In this document: positions 55,694-64,000 of the stretch, piece after piece
Layout of the letters: the number at the start of each line of letters is the position of its first letter
How positions within the stretch are numbered: the stretch's first letter is position 1
Source of the DNA: Polyangiales bacterium
GTDB taxonomy: Bacteria > Myxococcota_A > Polyangia > Polyangiales > JAFGIB01
Length of the DNA: 64,000 nt
NCBI GenBank assembly: GCA_035274465.1
Contig: DATEOF010000468.1
Location: forward strand, 8,044-72,043
Direction: 5' to 3'
The notes under the pieces: model-generated
The model's database searches: none
What the model was told of the DNA's origin: nothing
Seen by the model: the letters and a program-made list of their open reading frames with translations, nothing else
Made by a program: the position numbers and the translations under genes

Positions 55694-56308
55694 CTACGGG
55701 CGGGGATACGCGGGTAGGACTCTCGACCAGCTTCCCGCTCCGCGAGACACGGGCGTCGACGCGTCGGTTCGAGCGTCGTGTGGCCGCTCGATGAAGAGAA
55801 GTCCGGAGCCGAGCTCGAGGCCCATGGTGCCGACCAAGCTCAGCTCCTCCTCGCCGCGGAATTCATCCGGAACACTTCCCGTGACTGACGCGAGCGGCGT
55901 CGTCCCCTGAAAGCGCGCCGAATCGGAATCAGCGCGCAACGTGCCAGAGAGCTCGCCGCGCAACCGCCCGTCCATGGTCTCGATGCGCAGCGTCGCGGTC
56001 ACTGACAGCGCATCGCCACAGGACGTGGCGATCACCATCGCATGCGAGGGGTCCGCACGCAGCTCGAGTGTGGCCATGCTTTGCTGCATCGCGGCGCTGC
56101 CGCTCGACCAGCTGAGCATCGCTTCGCGAGCCCCACTTGCGCGACTCGCCAGGCCGAGGGCGGTGCCGGCCGCCGTCGGTGCAGCCGCATCGACTGGCCG
56201 CGATCCTGAGTCGATACAGATGGGCGGGACGAGCTGCCCGTCTTCTGGCTCGGAGCACGCCGTGATCGCCAAGGCGCATATCGAGAGCCATCGCAGCGCT
56301 GCCATCAT
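55694..56308 (-). CDS. lipoprotein, unknown function
   Basis: Start placed at ATG 56308 (MMAALRWLSICALAITAC lipobox), 8 nt after the VWA gene stop. The longer track ORF overlaps the VWA gene in another frame. Confidence 0.55.
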   Translation of the reverse strand: MMAALRWLSICALAITACSEPEDGQLVPPICIDSGSRPVDAAAPTAAGTALGLASRASGAREAMLSWSSGSAAMQQSMATLELRADPSHAMVIATSCGDALSVTATLRIETMDGRLRGELSGTLRADSDSARFQGTTPLASVTGSVPDEFRGEEELSLVGTMGLELGSGLLFIERPHDARTDASTPVSRGAGSWSRVLPAYPRP

Positions 56309-56316
56309 CTGCACGG

Positions 56317-57465
56317 CTATAGCAAGACCACCGCTTCGCACGGGAAGTCGATGAACACTTTCTTGGTCTCGGGTCGCTTGAGGCGCTTGCAGGAGGCGCC
56401 CAGCAGCTCGAGTTGTGTTTCGCTGTTCATGCGGTAGCCATCGTCGCCGCCATAGGGCACGCGTTGACCGTCGACCTCCACGATGCCTTGGCTGGCGAGC
56501 ATGAGGTTGATCTTGACCTTGCCCTGCAGGTCGAACACGCAGCTCCGAACACCTGCGATGGTGTCCGAGAGCGCTTTGACGAGCGCGGCGCGATCGTTGA
56601 CGTTGGGCTCGAAGTAGGGCGCGTTGCCGCTGGTCGGGCTGTACGTGGCCATGCTGTTCGGGCACTGGTAGTGCACGGCCATTTGGCGGTCCTCGACCGG
56701 TTGGCCGGTGCCCGCGTTCGCCACGTCGCCCAGGTGCGCGCGGTCGACTTCGCCGCCGACGCTGAAGATGAAGGTGCCGATGCCCTGCGCGTAGGCCGCC
56801 TGGGCCGCAGCCACCACCGCGTCGCGCGAGCAGGTGACGTTCGGATCGTCGCAGAAGTCGGGCTCACCGTCGGTGACGAGCACGATGAACTTGGGGCTGT
56901 TCTTCGGCTCTTTCAGCAAGGTCTTGGAGACTTCCTGGATCGCGAGCGAGGTGGGTGTCTCGCCCTTGAACTCCGGCTTCGCGATCGCGTCGTACGCGCG
57001 CTTGATCGCAGCGTAGTTAAGCTCAGCGAGCGGCACGACCGTGGTCAGCTGCGGGCACATCATGCCCTGCGCGCCGGTGTAGCTCGAGAAGCCGAAGTGG
57101 ATGTCCTTCTGGAGCTGCTCGATCACCGCGAGCACGCCGTCTTTGAGCGGGTTCCAGAACGACCGCTCGAACATGCTGCTGGAGCGGTCGACCAACACGA
57201 ACACCGAGGGAATCTGGGGCGCGAACTCGATCTCGACCTTGTTGCAGTCGTCCATGGCCGGAACGGGGTTCTTGATCGGCTGGATGGGTTGTACCGGGTT
57301 GTCGGCGCCCACGATGGGCCCGGACGGAGCGGTCCCGGCGGACCCGGACCCGGTGGGTGCCGATCGTCCGGCCTCCGCGCTGCTTCCGGCGGGGGGCCTG
57401 GCTTCCGGGGTCGTTCCACAGGCTGCCAGGGCCACGCAGAGGGACACGGTGAGCGCTTGCCTCAT
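56317..57465 (-). CDS. von Willebrand factor A (VWA) domain lipoprotein
   Basis: Lipobox VALAAC, then a Pro/Ser/Gly linker. MIDAS motif VLVDRSSSM with a downstream T and VTDGEPD. Confidence 0.8.
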   Translation of the reverse strand: MRQALTVSLCVALAACGTTPEARPPAGSSAEAGRSAPTGSGSAGTAPSGPIVGADNPVQPIQPIKNPVPAMDDCNKVEIEFAPQIPSVFVLVDRSSSMFERSFWNPLKDGVLAVIEQLQKDIHFGFSSYTGAQGMMCPQLTTVVPLAELNYAAIKRAYDAIAKPEFKGETPTSLAIQEVSKTLLKEPKNSPKFIVLVTDGEPDFCDDPNVTCSRDAVVAAAQAAYAQGIGTFIFSVGGEVDRAHLGDVANAGTGQPVEDRQMAVHYQCPNSMATYSPTSGNAPYFEPNVNDRAALVKALSDTIAGVRSCVFDLQGKVKINLMLASQGIVEVDGQRVPYGGDDGYRMNSETQLELLGASCKRLKRPETKKVFIDFPCEAVVLL

Positions 57466-57498
57466 CCCAACTAAGGGGCTCCGGGGCGCTCGATCGGG

Positions 57499-58260
57499 TC
57501 AAGCTTTCAGCTTGTAGCCAGTCTTGAAAATCCAGCTTATCAGCACCACGCACACGAGCAGCACGCAGAGCGTGATGCCCAGGCTGACGCCGATGCTCAC
57601 GTCGGACACCCCGTAGAACGCCCAGCGAAAGCCGCTGATCAAGTACACCACGGGGTTGAACAGCGTGATCTGCTGCCACACCGGCGGCAGCATCTTGACC
57701 GAGTAGAAGCTGCCGCCGAGGAACGTCAGCGGCGTGATGATCAGCGCCGGGATGATCTGCAGCTTCTCGAAGCCGTCCGCCCAGACCCCCATGATGAAGC
57801 CGAACAGGCTGAACGTGACCGCGATCAACACCAGGAAGCCGACCATCCACAGCGGGTGTTCGATGTGGAACGGCACGAACAGGCGCGCGGTAGCCAGCAT
57901 CAACAGCCCCAGGATCACCGACTTGGTCGCTGCTGCGCCCACGTAGCCGAGCACGATCTCGAGGTACGAGATCGGTGCGGACAAGATCTGATAGATCGTG
58001 CCGGTGAACTTCGGCATGTAGATGCCGAACGAGGCGTTCGAGATGCTCTCGGTCATCAACGAGAGCAGGATCAACCCCGGGATGATGTAGGCGCCGTAGC
58101 TGACTCCGTCGATCTCGACCATGCGGCTGCCGATCGCCCCGCCGAAGACCACGAAGTAGAGCGAGGTCGAGATCACCGGCGACAGGATGCTCTGCACCAG
58201 CGTGCGCGCGGTGCGGGCGAGCTCGAAGGTGTAGATGGCGCGGATGGCGTGGATGTTCAT
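57499..58260 (-). CDS. ABC-2 type transporter permease (YadH-like)
   Basis: Start at ATG 58260 ([40 protein letters not shown]). Six TM segments. ATGA overlap with the ATPase gene stop. Confidence 0.85.
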   Translation of the reverse strand: MNIHAIRAIYTFELARTARTLVQSILSPVISTSLYFVVFGGAIGSRMVEIDGVSYGAYIIPGLILLSLMTESISNASFGIYMPKFTGTIYQILSAPISYLEIVLGYVGAAATKSVILGLLMLATARLFVPFHIEHPLWMVGFLVLIAVTFSLFGFIMGVWADGFEKLQIIPALIITPLTFLGGSFYSVKMLPPVWQQITLFNPVVYLISGFRWAFYGVSDVSIGVSLGITLCVLLVCVVLISWIFKTGYKLKA

Positions 58261-59183
58261 GCGTCCGACCTCACCAGGTTGACGAAGATGTCTTCGAGCG
58301 AGCTCTCGGTGGTGTGCAAGTCCTTGAAGTCGATGCCGAGGTCGTTCAGCTGGCGCAACAGCACCGCGATGCCCGTGCTCTCGGCGTGGCTGTCGAACTC
58401 GTACGTCAGCGAGCTTCCGTCGGCGGACAGCTGCAAATTCTTGTCGGATAGCTCGCGCGGGACTTCCTTCAGCGGATTCTGCAGGTTCAGCGTGAGCTGC
58501 TTGCGGCCGAGCTTGCGCATGAGCTCGGTCTTGTCCTCCACCAGGATGATCGAGCCCTTGCTGATTACGCCGACGCGGTCGGCCATCTCTTCGGCTTCTT
58601 CGATGTAGTGCGTGGTCAGGATGATCGTGACGCCGCTCTCGCGCAGCTCGCGGACCATCTGCCACATGTCGCGCCGCAGCTCGACGTCCACGCCGGCGGT
58701 CGGCTCGTCCAGGAACAGGATCTTGGGCTCGTGCGCGAGCGCCTTGGCGATCAGCACGCGACGCTTCATGCCGCCGGACAGCGTCATGATCACGTCGTCT
58801 TTCTTCTCCCAGAGCGACAGCGCGCGCAGTATGCGCTCGAGGTGCTGCGGGTTGGGCGGCTTGCCGAACAGGCCGCGGCTGAACTTGACCGTGGTCCAGA
58901 CGCTCTCGAACGCGTCGGTCGCCAGCTCCTGCGGCACCAGGCCGATCTTGGCGCGCGCGCGCCGGTACTCGCGCAGGATGTCGTGGCCGTCCACGGTCAC
59001 GCTGCCCGAGCTGGGCGTGACGATGCCGCAGATCACGTTGATCAACGTGGTCTTGCCTGCGCCGTTCGGCCCGAGCAGCGCGAAGATCTCGCCGCGCTCG
59101 ATCTCGAGGCTCACGTCCGAGAGCGCGCGGAAGCCCGAGCCGTAGACCTTGGACAGGTTCTTGACCGTGATGATCGGTGCCAC
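58257..59183 (-). CDS. ABC transporter ATP-binding protein (YadG-like, ABC-2 subfamily)
   Basis: Walker [10 protein letters not shown], signature LSGGMKRR, Walker [13 protein letters not shown], and a C-terminal accessory domain. Confidence 0.9.
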   Translation of the reverse strand: MAPIITVKNLSKVYGSGFRALSDVSLEIERGEIFALLGPNGAGKTTLINVICGIVTPSSGSVTVDGHDILREYRRARAKIGLVPQELATDAFESVWTTVKFSRGLFGKPPNPQHLERILRALSLWEKKDDVIMTLSGGMKRRVLIAKALAHEPKILFLDEPTAGVDVELRRDMWQMVRELRESGVTIILTTHYIEEAEEMADRVGVISKGSIILVEDKTELMRKLGRKQLTLNLQNPLKEVPRELSDKNLQLSADGSSLTYEFDSHAESTGIAVLLRQLNDLGIDFKDLHTTESSLEDIFVNLVRSDA

Positions 59184-59216
59184 GCCGAGCGCGCTAGCAA
59201 GATTCGCGCGGGGCTG

Positions 59217-60641
59217 TCAACCCAAGCGGGTGCGGCGGGCATCCAAGATCTTCGCGAACGAGCGTAAGCCGAACTCCTCCTGCGTCAAGCCTGTCTGCGC
59301 GATTTCTTCCAGATCGATCGCTCCGCAGTTGCGCGCGCGCAGGAAGTAGTTGAGCAGGCCTTGCCCCGTGGCTGCGTCGTCGAACACGTCGCCCACCAGC
59401 GTGGCTTGGGCAGCCTTCTCGATGAAGTTGCGCAAGCGCTCGGCTGCCTGCGCGAAGCCCTCGAGGAAGAACGCGTAGCAACCGGCGTAGCGCACCGGCA
59501 GCTGGCCCGGGTGCAGATCCCAGCCCTGATAGAACCCGCCCGTCAGCGAGTGGCGGATGTGTTTGTGCGCGAGCTGCCAGGCGCCGTGCACCACCGCGCG
59601 GTTCTCGGCCAACTCCTCGGGCGCGAGCTCGGCGGCCTTGTGCGGGCCCACCGGCATGACATTGGTCGCGCCGTCCGAGAGGAAGATGCCCGTGTTGGCG
59701 TAGGCCAGCATCATCATGCCCTTGGCCAGGTCACACCAGGGATGCGCCATGGTCTGGTACGCGGCCGTGATGTTGCACGATGCCGTGAAGTCGTAGGTGC
59801 CGAAGTGCGCCGCGACGCAGCGACCCTCGCAGGCTTGCAAGAACTCCGGCAGCGGAGAGCGGCCGTGCAAGCCGAGCAGCGCCTGCGTGACCTCGATCAT
59901 CATCTCCATGCGCAGCGTGCCGGCAACGAGGCCGTGACGTGTCTCCAACAGCTCGAACAGCCGCACCAGGCAGCTGGCCTGCTCCGGCACGGTGATCTTG
60001 GGCAGGGTCACGACGAAGTTCTCGGGCAGCTTGCCGCCGGTCTGTTCCAGTAACGTGCCGAGGAACAGCTCGAGCGTGCGCGCACCGCGCTTCTTCCATT
60101 CTTCGCCGAACGACTTGATGCGGATGCCGAGGAACGGCGGAAGCGAAGCCTCGGTCATGCCCAGCGCGACCTCGCGCGCGGCTGCCTGCGCGGTCGCATC
60201 TTCCTCGGCGTCCGGGCGTGCGCCGAAACCGTCCTCGAAGTCGATGCGAAAGTCTTCCACCGGCTCGCGCGTGAGCTTGGCGCGCACGCGCTCGTAGACC
60301 GTGAACGCCAGCCACGCCGCGGGATCGTTGCCGCGCAGAGCGGCGGGGTCTTGCTCGAACTCGCTGTGTAGCTCGCGCAGCGCGCTCGTCTTCAGCGCCT
60401 CGGCCGGCACGAAGCCCACGCCGCGCGCGAACTCGAACGCGTCTGCGCCGTAGGCAGCCATGTGGCGCAGCGCCAGCTCGCCCAGGCGCTGCGTGGTGTC
60501 CGCCTTGTACAGCTGCGCGCCGCCGTAGACCGTGTGGACCGGCTGGCGGTGCGGGCGGTCGCCGGGGTAGTGCCGCATGAACGCGCGGTTGGCCACGCCG
60601 AGAGCTTCCAGATGCGATTTGGCTTCGTCGACCAGACTCAT
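59217..60641 (-). CDS. HpcH/CitE/malate-synthase-like superfamily protein of unknown specificity (last gene of ureide cluster)
   Basis: 474-aa ORF. The FRIDFEDGFG acidic motif resembles the metal/substrate site of CitE- and malate-synthase-type TIM barrels. The start lies 7 nt downstream of the uraH stop. Confidence 0.55.
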   Translation of the reverse strand: MSLVDEAKSHLEALGVANRAFMRHYPGDRPHRQPVHTVYGGAQLYKADTTQRLGELALRHMAAYGADAFEFARGVGFVPAEALKTSALRELHSEFEQDPAALRGNDPAAWLAFTVYERVRAKLTREPVEDFRIDFEDGFGARPDAEEDATAQAAAREVALGMTEASLPPFLGIRIKSFGEEWKKRGARTLELFLGTLLEQTGGKLPENFVVTLPKITVPEQASCLVRLFELLETRHGLVAGTLRMEMMIEVTQALLGLHGRSPLPEFLQACEGRCVAAHFGTYDFTASCNITAAYQTMAHPWCDLAKGMMMLAYANTGIFLSDGATNVMPVGPHKAAELAPEELAENRAVVHGAWQLAHKHIRHSLTGGFYQGWDLHPGQLPVRYAGCYAFFLEGFAQAAERLRNFIEKAAQATLVGDVFDDAATGQGLLNYFLRARNCGAIDLEEIAQTGLTQEEFGLRSFAKILDARRTRLG

Positions 60642-60648
60642 GGCGACC

Positions 60649-60987
60649 TCAACTGCCGCGGTACGTCGTGTACCCGAACGGACTGAGCAACAGCGGGATG
60701 TGATAGTGCTCGGTCTCGGCTTCGATCGCGAACACGATCTCGACCTGTGGGTAGAACACGGCTTGACCCGTGGCTCGCAGGTAGCTGCCCGTGTCGAAGA
60801 TCATGCGGTAGGTGCCGCGGACGAGCGTACCCGGTGCGAGTAGATCAGGGGCCCGACCGTCCTGGTTCGTGCTGCGTTCGGCCAGCGTCTGCCAGCCGTC
60901 TGCCGCTTGGCGCTGCAGGCGCAGCGCGAGGCCCACGGCCGGTTTGCCGAGCGCGGTGTCGAGCACGTGGGAGGTGATCGGGCTCAT
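60649..60987 (-). CDS. uraH: 5-hydroxyisourate hydrolase (transthyretin-like)
   Basis: ITSHVLDTALGKPA opening and C-terminal YTTYRGS signature. 112 aa. ATGA overlap with the upstream gene. Confidence 0.9.
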   Translation of the reverse strand: MSPITSHVLDTALGKPAVGLALRLQRQAADGWQTLAERSTNQDGRAPDLLAPGTLVRGTYRMIFDTGSYLRATGQAVFYPQVEIVFAIEAETEHYHIPLLLSPFGYTTYRGS

Positions 60988-61529
60988 GCCGTGAGCTTCT
61001 CCAGACGCAGCTTGGTGATCTTGGCCTGTTCACCGGCGGCGATGCGCAGCTCGTTCGCCGGGTCGTTGTCGATGCGCGCGCGCAGCAGCTCGAGCATGTG
61101 CTCCGCGCTCTTGCCGGTTGCGCAGACGATGAAGATGTAGCCGAAGCGCGAGAGGTACGCGGCGTTCAGGTCGCGCAGCGCCAGCAGCGTCTCGCGCGTG
61201 GCCCCGGCGGCGCCGGCTTGTTCACTGGACGACCAACCCGCGGTGGCCGCGAACTTGCGCTCGAGCTCGCCGAGATCGGCACCGATCTGCGGGTGGTGGC
61301 TGAACGCCTCGAGGAAGTCCGCCCGCTCGAGGCCGCTCCAGATCCGATCGGCCGCGAGCTGCAGCGCGGAGCTGCTGGCGTAGGGGCGCGCTGTCAGCAT
61401 GCCCTGCACCCAGCGCCGGCTGCCGCAGCAACGCTGGAGTGCCTCGCCTGCAGCTGCTGGCGTCAGGCCGTTCAGCAGCTCGTGCGGCTCAGGCTTCACG
61501 TTGGCCCCACACCCGCAAGCGGCTGACAC
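60984..61529 (-). CDS. uraD: OHCU (2-oxo-4-hydroxy-4-carboxy-5-ureidoimidazoline) decarboxylase
   Basis: FLEAFSHHPQIG motif, typical size, helical composition. The start may be GTG 61499 rather than ATG 61529. Confidence 0.8.
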   Translation of the reverse strand: MSAACGCGANVKPEPHELLNGLTPAAAGEALQRCCGSRRWVQGMLTARPYASSSALQLAADRIWSGLERADFLEAFSHHPQIGADLGELERKFAATAGWSSSEQAGAAGATRETLLALRDLNAAYLSRFGYIFIVCATGKSAEHMLELLRARIDNDPANELRIAAGEQAKITKLRLEKLTA

Positions 61530-62526
61530 CGCCGTCGGGAATGATCGTCAGGCGCAGGTGCGAGGCGGTCGCCGCGGGCAGGTGCTCGAAGAAGTGCCGG
61601 GTGTGCGCGTGCAGCTTGGTCTCGGAGACCAGCGTGTGCCAGGCGCTGCTCCGGATCAGCTCGGTGGTGCGGGCGCCGGGCGCGTCGATCACCTCGATCG
61701 AGCAGCGATCCGGGAAATTGCCCTTGAAGTGGTTGGTGTCGACCTCGACCACCTGCGCGCGGCCGCGCGCGGCGAGCTGCACGATGATCCAATCGCGGTT
61801 CGGGTTGCGGCTGCGGCGGGTCTCCCAGCCTCCGCCCATGTTGGTGGCGCGCCAGGGCAAGAGCAGGTTGTTCATCGGCCCGAAGTGCGCGTCGGAGCAG
61901 GCGAGGGCCACGGCGCCGTTGGTCAGCGCGGCCAGGTCCACGGCGCCTGCGGCCACGTGACTTCGCGTCTCGTCGTCGAGCACCGGTGGCGTCCAATCCG
62001 GCACGACCTTGCCGTAGGCGCGAAAGCGCGCCACGCCGCCGTCCGGAAAGATGTTCAGGCGCAGATGCGTGTACGGCCCGGGATCATCGGCGGCGAACAG
62101 GTTCTGAGAGTTGGGCCGCAGCGGCACCTGGCCCAGCAGCTCGCTCCAGCTCGCAGCTGTCAGCTGCTCGAGCGTGGCGCCCTTGTCGGCTCGAAGCCCG
62201 TCGACCGAGGCGAACTGTGGGTGATTGCCCGAGAAGTGGTGGGTGTCGATGTCCAGGCCGAGCACGCGGCCGGCAGCCCCCAGCGACAGCACGCACCAGT
62301 CGTAGCCCTCCACGCGCTTGCGCCTGCTCTCCCAGCCGTCCATCCACTTGCCGCGCTCGGTGAACTTGTCGGCGATGAAGACGCCGCGGCCGGGTTGGAT
62401 CAGGTTGTCGACGCCGGCGAAGAAGTCGTCGCTGGTACCGAGCGCCCGCCCCCCCAGCTCTGCGGCGGCCAGGTCCACGAGTCCGGTGAAGCTAGCGGCG
62501 GCGGGTTCGTTCATCGCGCTCTCCAT
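61489..62526 (-). CDS. alc: allantoicase
   Basis: Two-repeat jelly-roll pattern. DDFFA...GKWMDGWESRRKR in the first repeat and GWETRRSR in the second. Confidence 0.85.
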   Translation of the reverse strand: MESAMNEPAAASFTGLVDLAAAELGGRALGTSDDFFAGVDNLIQPGRGVFIADKFTERGKWMDGWESRRKRVEGYDWCVLSLGAAGRVLGLDIDTHHFSGNHPQFASVDGLRADKGATLEQLTAASWSELLGQVPLRPNSQNLFAADDPGPYTHLRLNIFPDGGVARFRAYGKVVPDWTPPVLDDETRSHVAAGAVDLAALTNGAVALACSDAHFGPMNNLLLPWRATNMGGGWETRRSRNPNRDWIIVQLAARGRAQVVEVDTNHFKGNFPDRCSIEVIDAPGARTTELIRSSAWHTLVSETKLHAHTRHFFEHLPAATASHLRLTIIPDGGVSRLRVWGQREA

Positions 62527-62561
62527 GCCGGCGAAGCCGCCGAATGTCGCGACAGAATAGC

Positions 62562-62601
62562 GGCGAAACCGCGCCGGAGGAACGCCCGTGCGCGGTTCGC
62601 C
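62562..62601 (-). terminator. hairpin downstream of fbaA and upstream of alc
   Basis: 12-bp stem with one bulged A (GGCGAAACCGCGC / GCGCGGTTCGCC) and a 15-nt loop. On the minus strand it is followed by GCTATTCTGT. Confidence 0.35.
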
Positions 62602-62614
62602 CGCGGCTACCCGC

Positions 62615-63688
62615 TCAGAACTGGAACTGGCCGAACGAGTTGAGGTCCTTGCAGGCCTGCACGACGCGCGCCGCGAGCCCCTTCTCGCCCAGGTGTAGCC
62701 AGTTGCGCGGATCGATGAACTTCTTGTTGGGCTTGTCCGGGCCTTCCGGGTTGCCGAGCTGCGAGCGCAGGTAGAGGTTCTTCTCGTCCATGTACTGCTT
62801 GATCGGCTGCAGGAACGCCCACTGCGTGTCGGTGTCGATGTTCATCTTCACCACGCCGTAGGAGACCGCTTCCTTGATTTCCTCCTGCGAGGAGCCCGAG
62901 CCGCCGTGGAACACGAAGTCGACGGGCTGCGCCTTCGTCTTGCGCTCGGCCTGGATGAACAGCTGACTGTTCTTCAAGATCGCCGGCGTCAGCTTCACGT
63001 TGCCGGGCGCGTATACGCCGTGCGTGTTGCCGAACGAGGCGGCCACGGTGAACTGCCCGATGGGTGTGAGCGCATCGTAGGCGGCCAACACGTCCGCGGG
63101 CTGCGTGTACAGCTTGGAGTTGTCCATGCCGGAGTTGTCGACGCCGTCTTCTTCGCCGCCGGTCACGCCCAGCTCGATCTCGAGCGTCATGTCGATGCGC
63201 GCCATGCGCTGCAGATACTTGCGACAGAGCTCGAGGTTCTGGGCCAGCGGCTCCTCCGAGAGGTCCAGCATGTGCGAGCTGAACAGCGGCACGCCGTAGG
63301 TCTCGAAGTGCTTCTCCCCCGCGTCGAGCATCCCGTCGACCCAGGGCAGCAGCTTCTTGGCGCAGTGGTCGGAGTGCAGCACCACGGGCACGCCGTAGGC
63401 CGCAGCCAGGAGCCGCACGTGCTGCGCGCCGGCGATCGAGCCGGTGATCGACGCCAGGTGCGCGGAGTTGTCCACGAACTTGCCGGCGTTGAACTGACCT
63501 CCGCCGTGCGAGTACTGGATGATGACCGGCGATTGGGCCTGCTTTGCGGCGGCCATCACGGCGTTGGCCGAGTGACTGCCGATCACGTTGACCGCGGGCA
63601 AGGCGCACTGCGTGCTTTTGCAGTAATCGAACAGCTCACGCAGCTTTTTGCCCGTGATCACGCCGGGCTCGAGCTTGAGTTTGGCCAT
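62615..63688 (-). CDS. fbaA: class II fructose-1,6-bisphosphate aldolase
   Basis: Near-collinear with E. coli FbaA blocks: ALPAVNV, VVLHSDHCAKKLLPWVDGMLDAGEKHF, TLEIELGVTGGEEDGVDN, FVFHGGSGS, VKMNIDTDTQWA. AGGAGA lies upstream of the ATG. Confidence 0.95.
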   Translation of the reverse strand: MAKLKLEPGVITGKKLRELFDYCKSTQCALPAVNVIGSHSANAVMAAAKQAQSPVIIQYSHGGGQFNAGKFVDNSAHLASITGSIAGAQHVRLLAAAYGVPVVLHSDHCAKKLLPWVDGMLDAGEKHFETYGVPLFSSHMLDLSEEPLAQNLELCRKYLQRMARIDMTLEIELGVTGGEEDGVDNSGMDNSKLYTQPADVLAAYDALTPIGQFTVAASFGNTHGVYAPGNVKLTPAILKNSQLFIQAERKTKAQPVDFVFHGGSGSSQEEIKEAVSYGVVKMNIDTDTQWAFLQPIKQYMDEKNLYLRSQLGNPEGPDKPNKKFIDPRNWLHLGEKGLAARVVQACKDLNSFGQFQF

Positions 63689-63727
63689 GGGTGTCTCCTG
63701 AGGAATTTGGCTGTACCCGATTCAGAG

Positions 63728-63772
63728 CGGGAAACAAGAGCATTCTGGGCCTACCCCGAGCGTTGTTTCCCG
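63728..63772. promoter_or_regulatory. 10-bp perfect inverted repeat in the fbaA upstream region
   Basis: CGGGAAACAA...(25 nt)...TTGTTTCCCG, 40-85 nt upstream of the fbaA ATG. It could be an operator or the terminator of the upstream gene. Confidence 0.25.
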
Positions 63773-64000
63773 ACGTGTGGGTCCTGTGAAACCGAGCAGT
63801 AACACTGGTTAATGCCGCTGGGGTCACAGCCGAGGTTCGTGGGCCCTGAGTACCACGCTCCGCCTGGATTGGGGGGACCCATCGGCTCGGGACGCGCTCA
63901 GCGTGGAGGCGCAGTGACGTCGCTCTCGGCAAAACCCGTCACGAGCTCACTCACCATGGAAGCGCTGTAGAAATCGAAGCTCGGCGATGGAGGGGACGAG

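Noticed and set aside
63898-64000. Open minus-strand frame running off the window end (…FDFYSASMVSELVTGFAESDVTAPPR, stop at 63898).
   Set aside because: Only 33 codons are visible, so a real gene end cannot be distinguished from a chance ORF.
1-64000. Searched for CRISPR repeats, IS/transposase or integrase genes, rRNA and tRNA genes.
   Set aside because: No spaced identical repeats, no DDE or tyrosine-recombinase-like ORFs, and no rRNA- or tRNA-like segments were seen by eye. Nearly all the sequence is accounted for by protein-coding genes. A proper scan (tRNAscan-SE, Infernal, a CRISPR finder) is still advisable.

Overview
This is a very GC-rich (judged by eye, not computed), densely coding 64 kb window. 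I can support about 53 protein-coding genes, most of them on the minus strand. I found no rRNA, tRNA, CRISPR array, transposase or integrase. Gene content points to a Myxococcota (Polyangiales-like) chromosome, but that is an inference. It rests on myxobacterial-type Cys-rich repeats, a PilZ-like paralogous domain, many lipoproteins with low-complexity linkers, and DUF1592/DUF1552 pairs.

Layout, in order:
- 1-7.8 kb: a Cys-rich exported protein (5'-truncated), two doubtful small ORFs, an LMF1-like membrane protein, a di-haem peroxidase lipoprotein and a large STAND ATPase-TPR regulator.
- 7.9-21.8 kb: a surface-glycan cluster. It holds a GT-C, a GtrB/ArnC-like GT2, an SDR epimerase/dehydratase, a nucleotide-sugar dehydrogenase, a methyltransferase, an LTA-synthase/sulfatase-like enzyme, a second GT2, a Wzx-like flippase, an SGNH hydrolase, a GT4, and a 57-aa membrane ORF that the ORF track misses.
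- 22-30 kb: exported hydrolases (alpha/beta hydrolase, EEP, GH44, a DUF1287-YkuD fusion) and an orphan BMP-family binding lipoprotein.
- 30.5-39.3 kb: two tandem DUF1592-like lipoprotein / DUF1552 Tat-protein modules, co-oriented with a GPH symporter and a small His-bearing membrane protein.
- 39.4-46 kb: an Asp-box propeller lipoprotein, a TPR-methyltransferase, a PHM/DBH-like copper monooxygenase candidate and a six-fold CxxxC repeat lipoprotein.
- 46.2-47.1 kb: a two-gene nucleotidyltransferase-fold, TA-like cassette.
- 47-51 kb: a hydrolase-like protein, a crotonase, a basic/acidic protein and a PilZ-like protein.
- 51.1-59.2 kb: an eight-gene co-directional envelope cluster. It runs ABC-2 exporter, VWA lipoprotein, lipoprotein, the third DUF1592/DUF1552 module, a barrel-like protein, lipoprotein.
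- 59.2-63.7 kb: ureide-pathway genes (alc, uraD, uraH) plus a CitE/malate-synthase-like protein, then class II fructose-bisphosphate aldolase.

The best candidates for uncharacterised biology are the thrice-repeated DUF1592/DUF1552 module in its two operon contexts, the copper monooxygenase-like lipoprotein with a Met-rich linker, and the NTase cassette.

All family assignments come from motif recognition by eye. No searches were run, and start codons are provisional.
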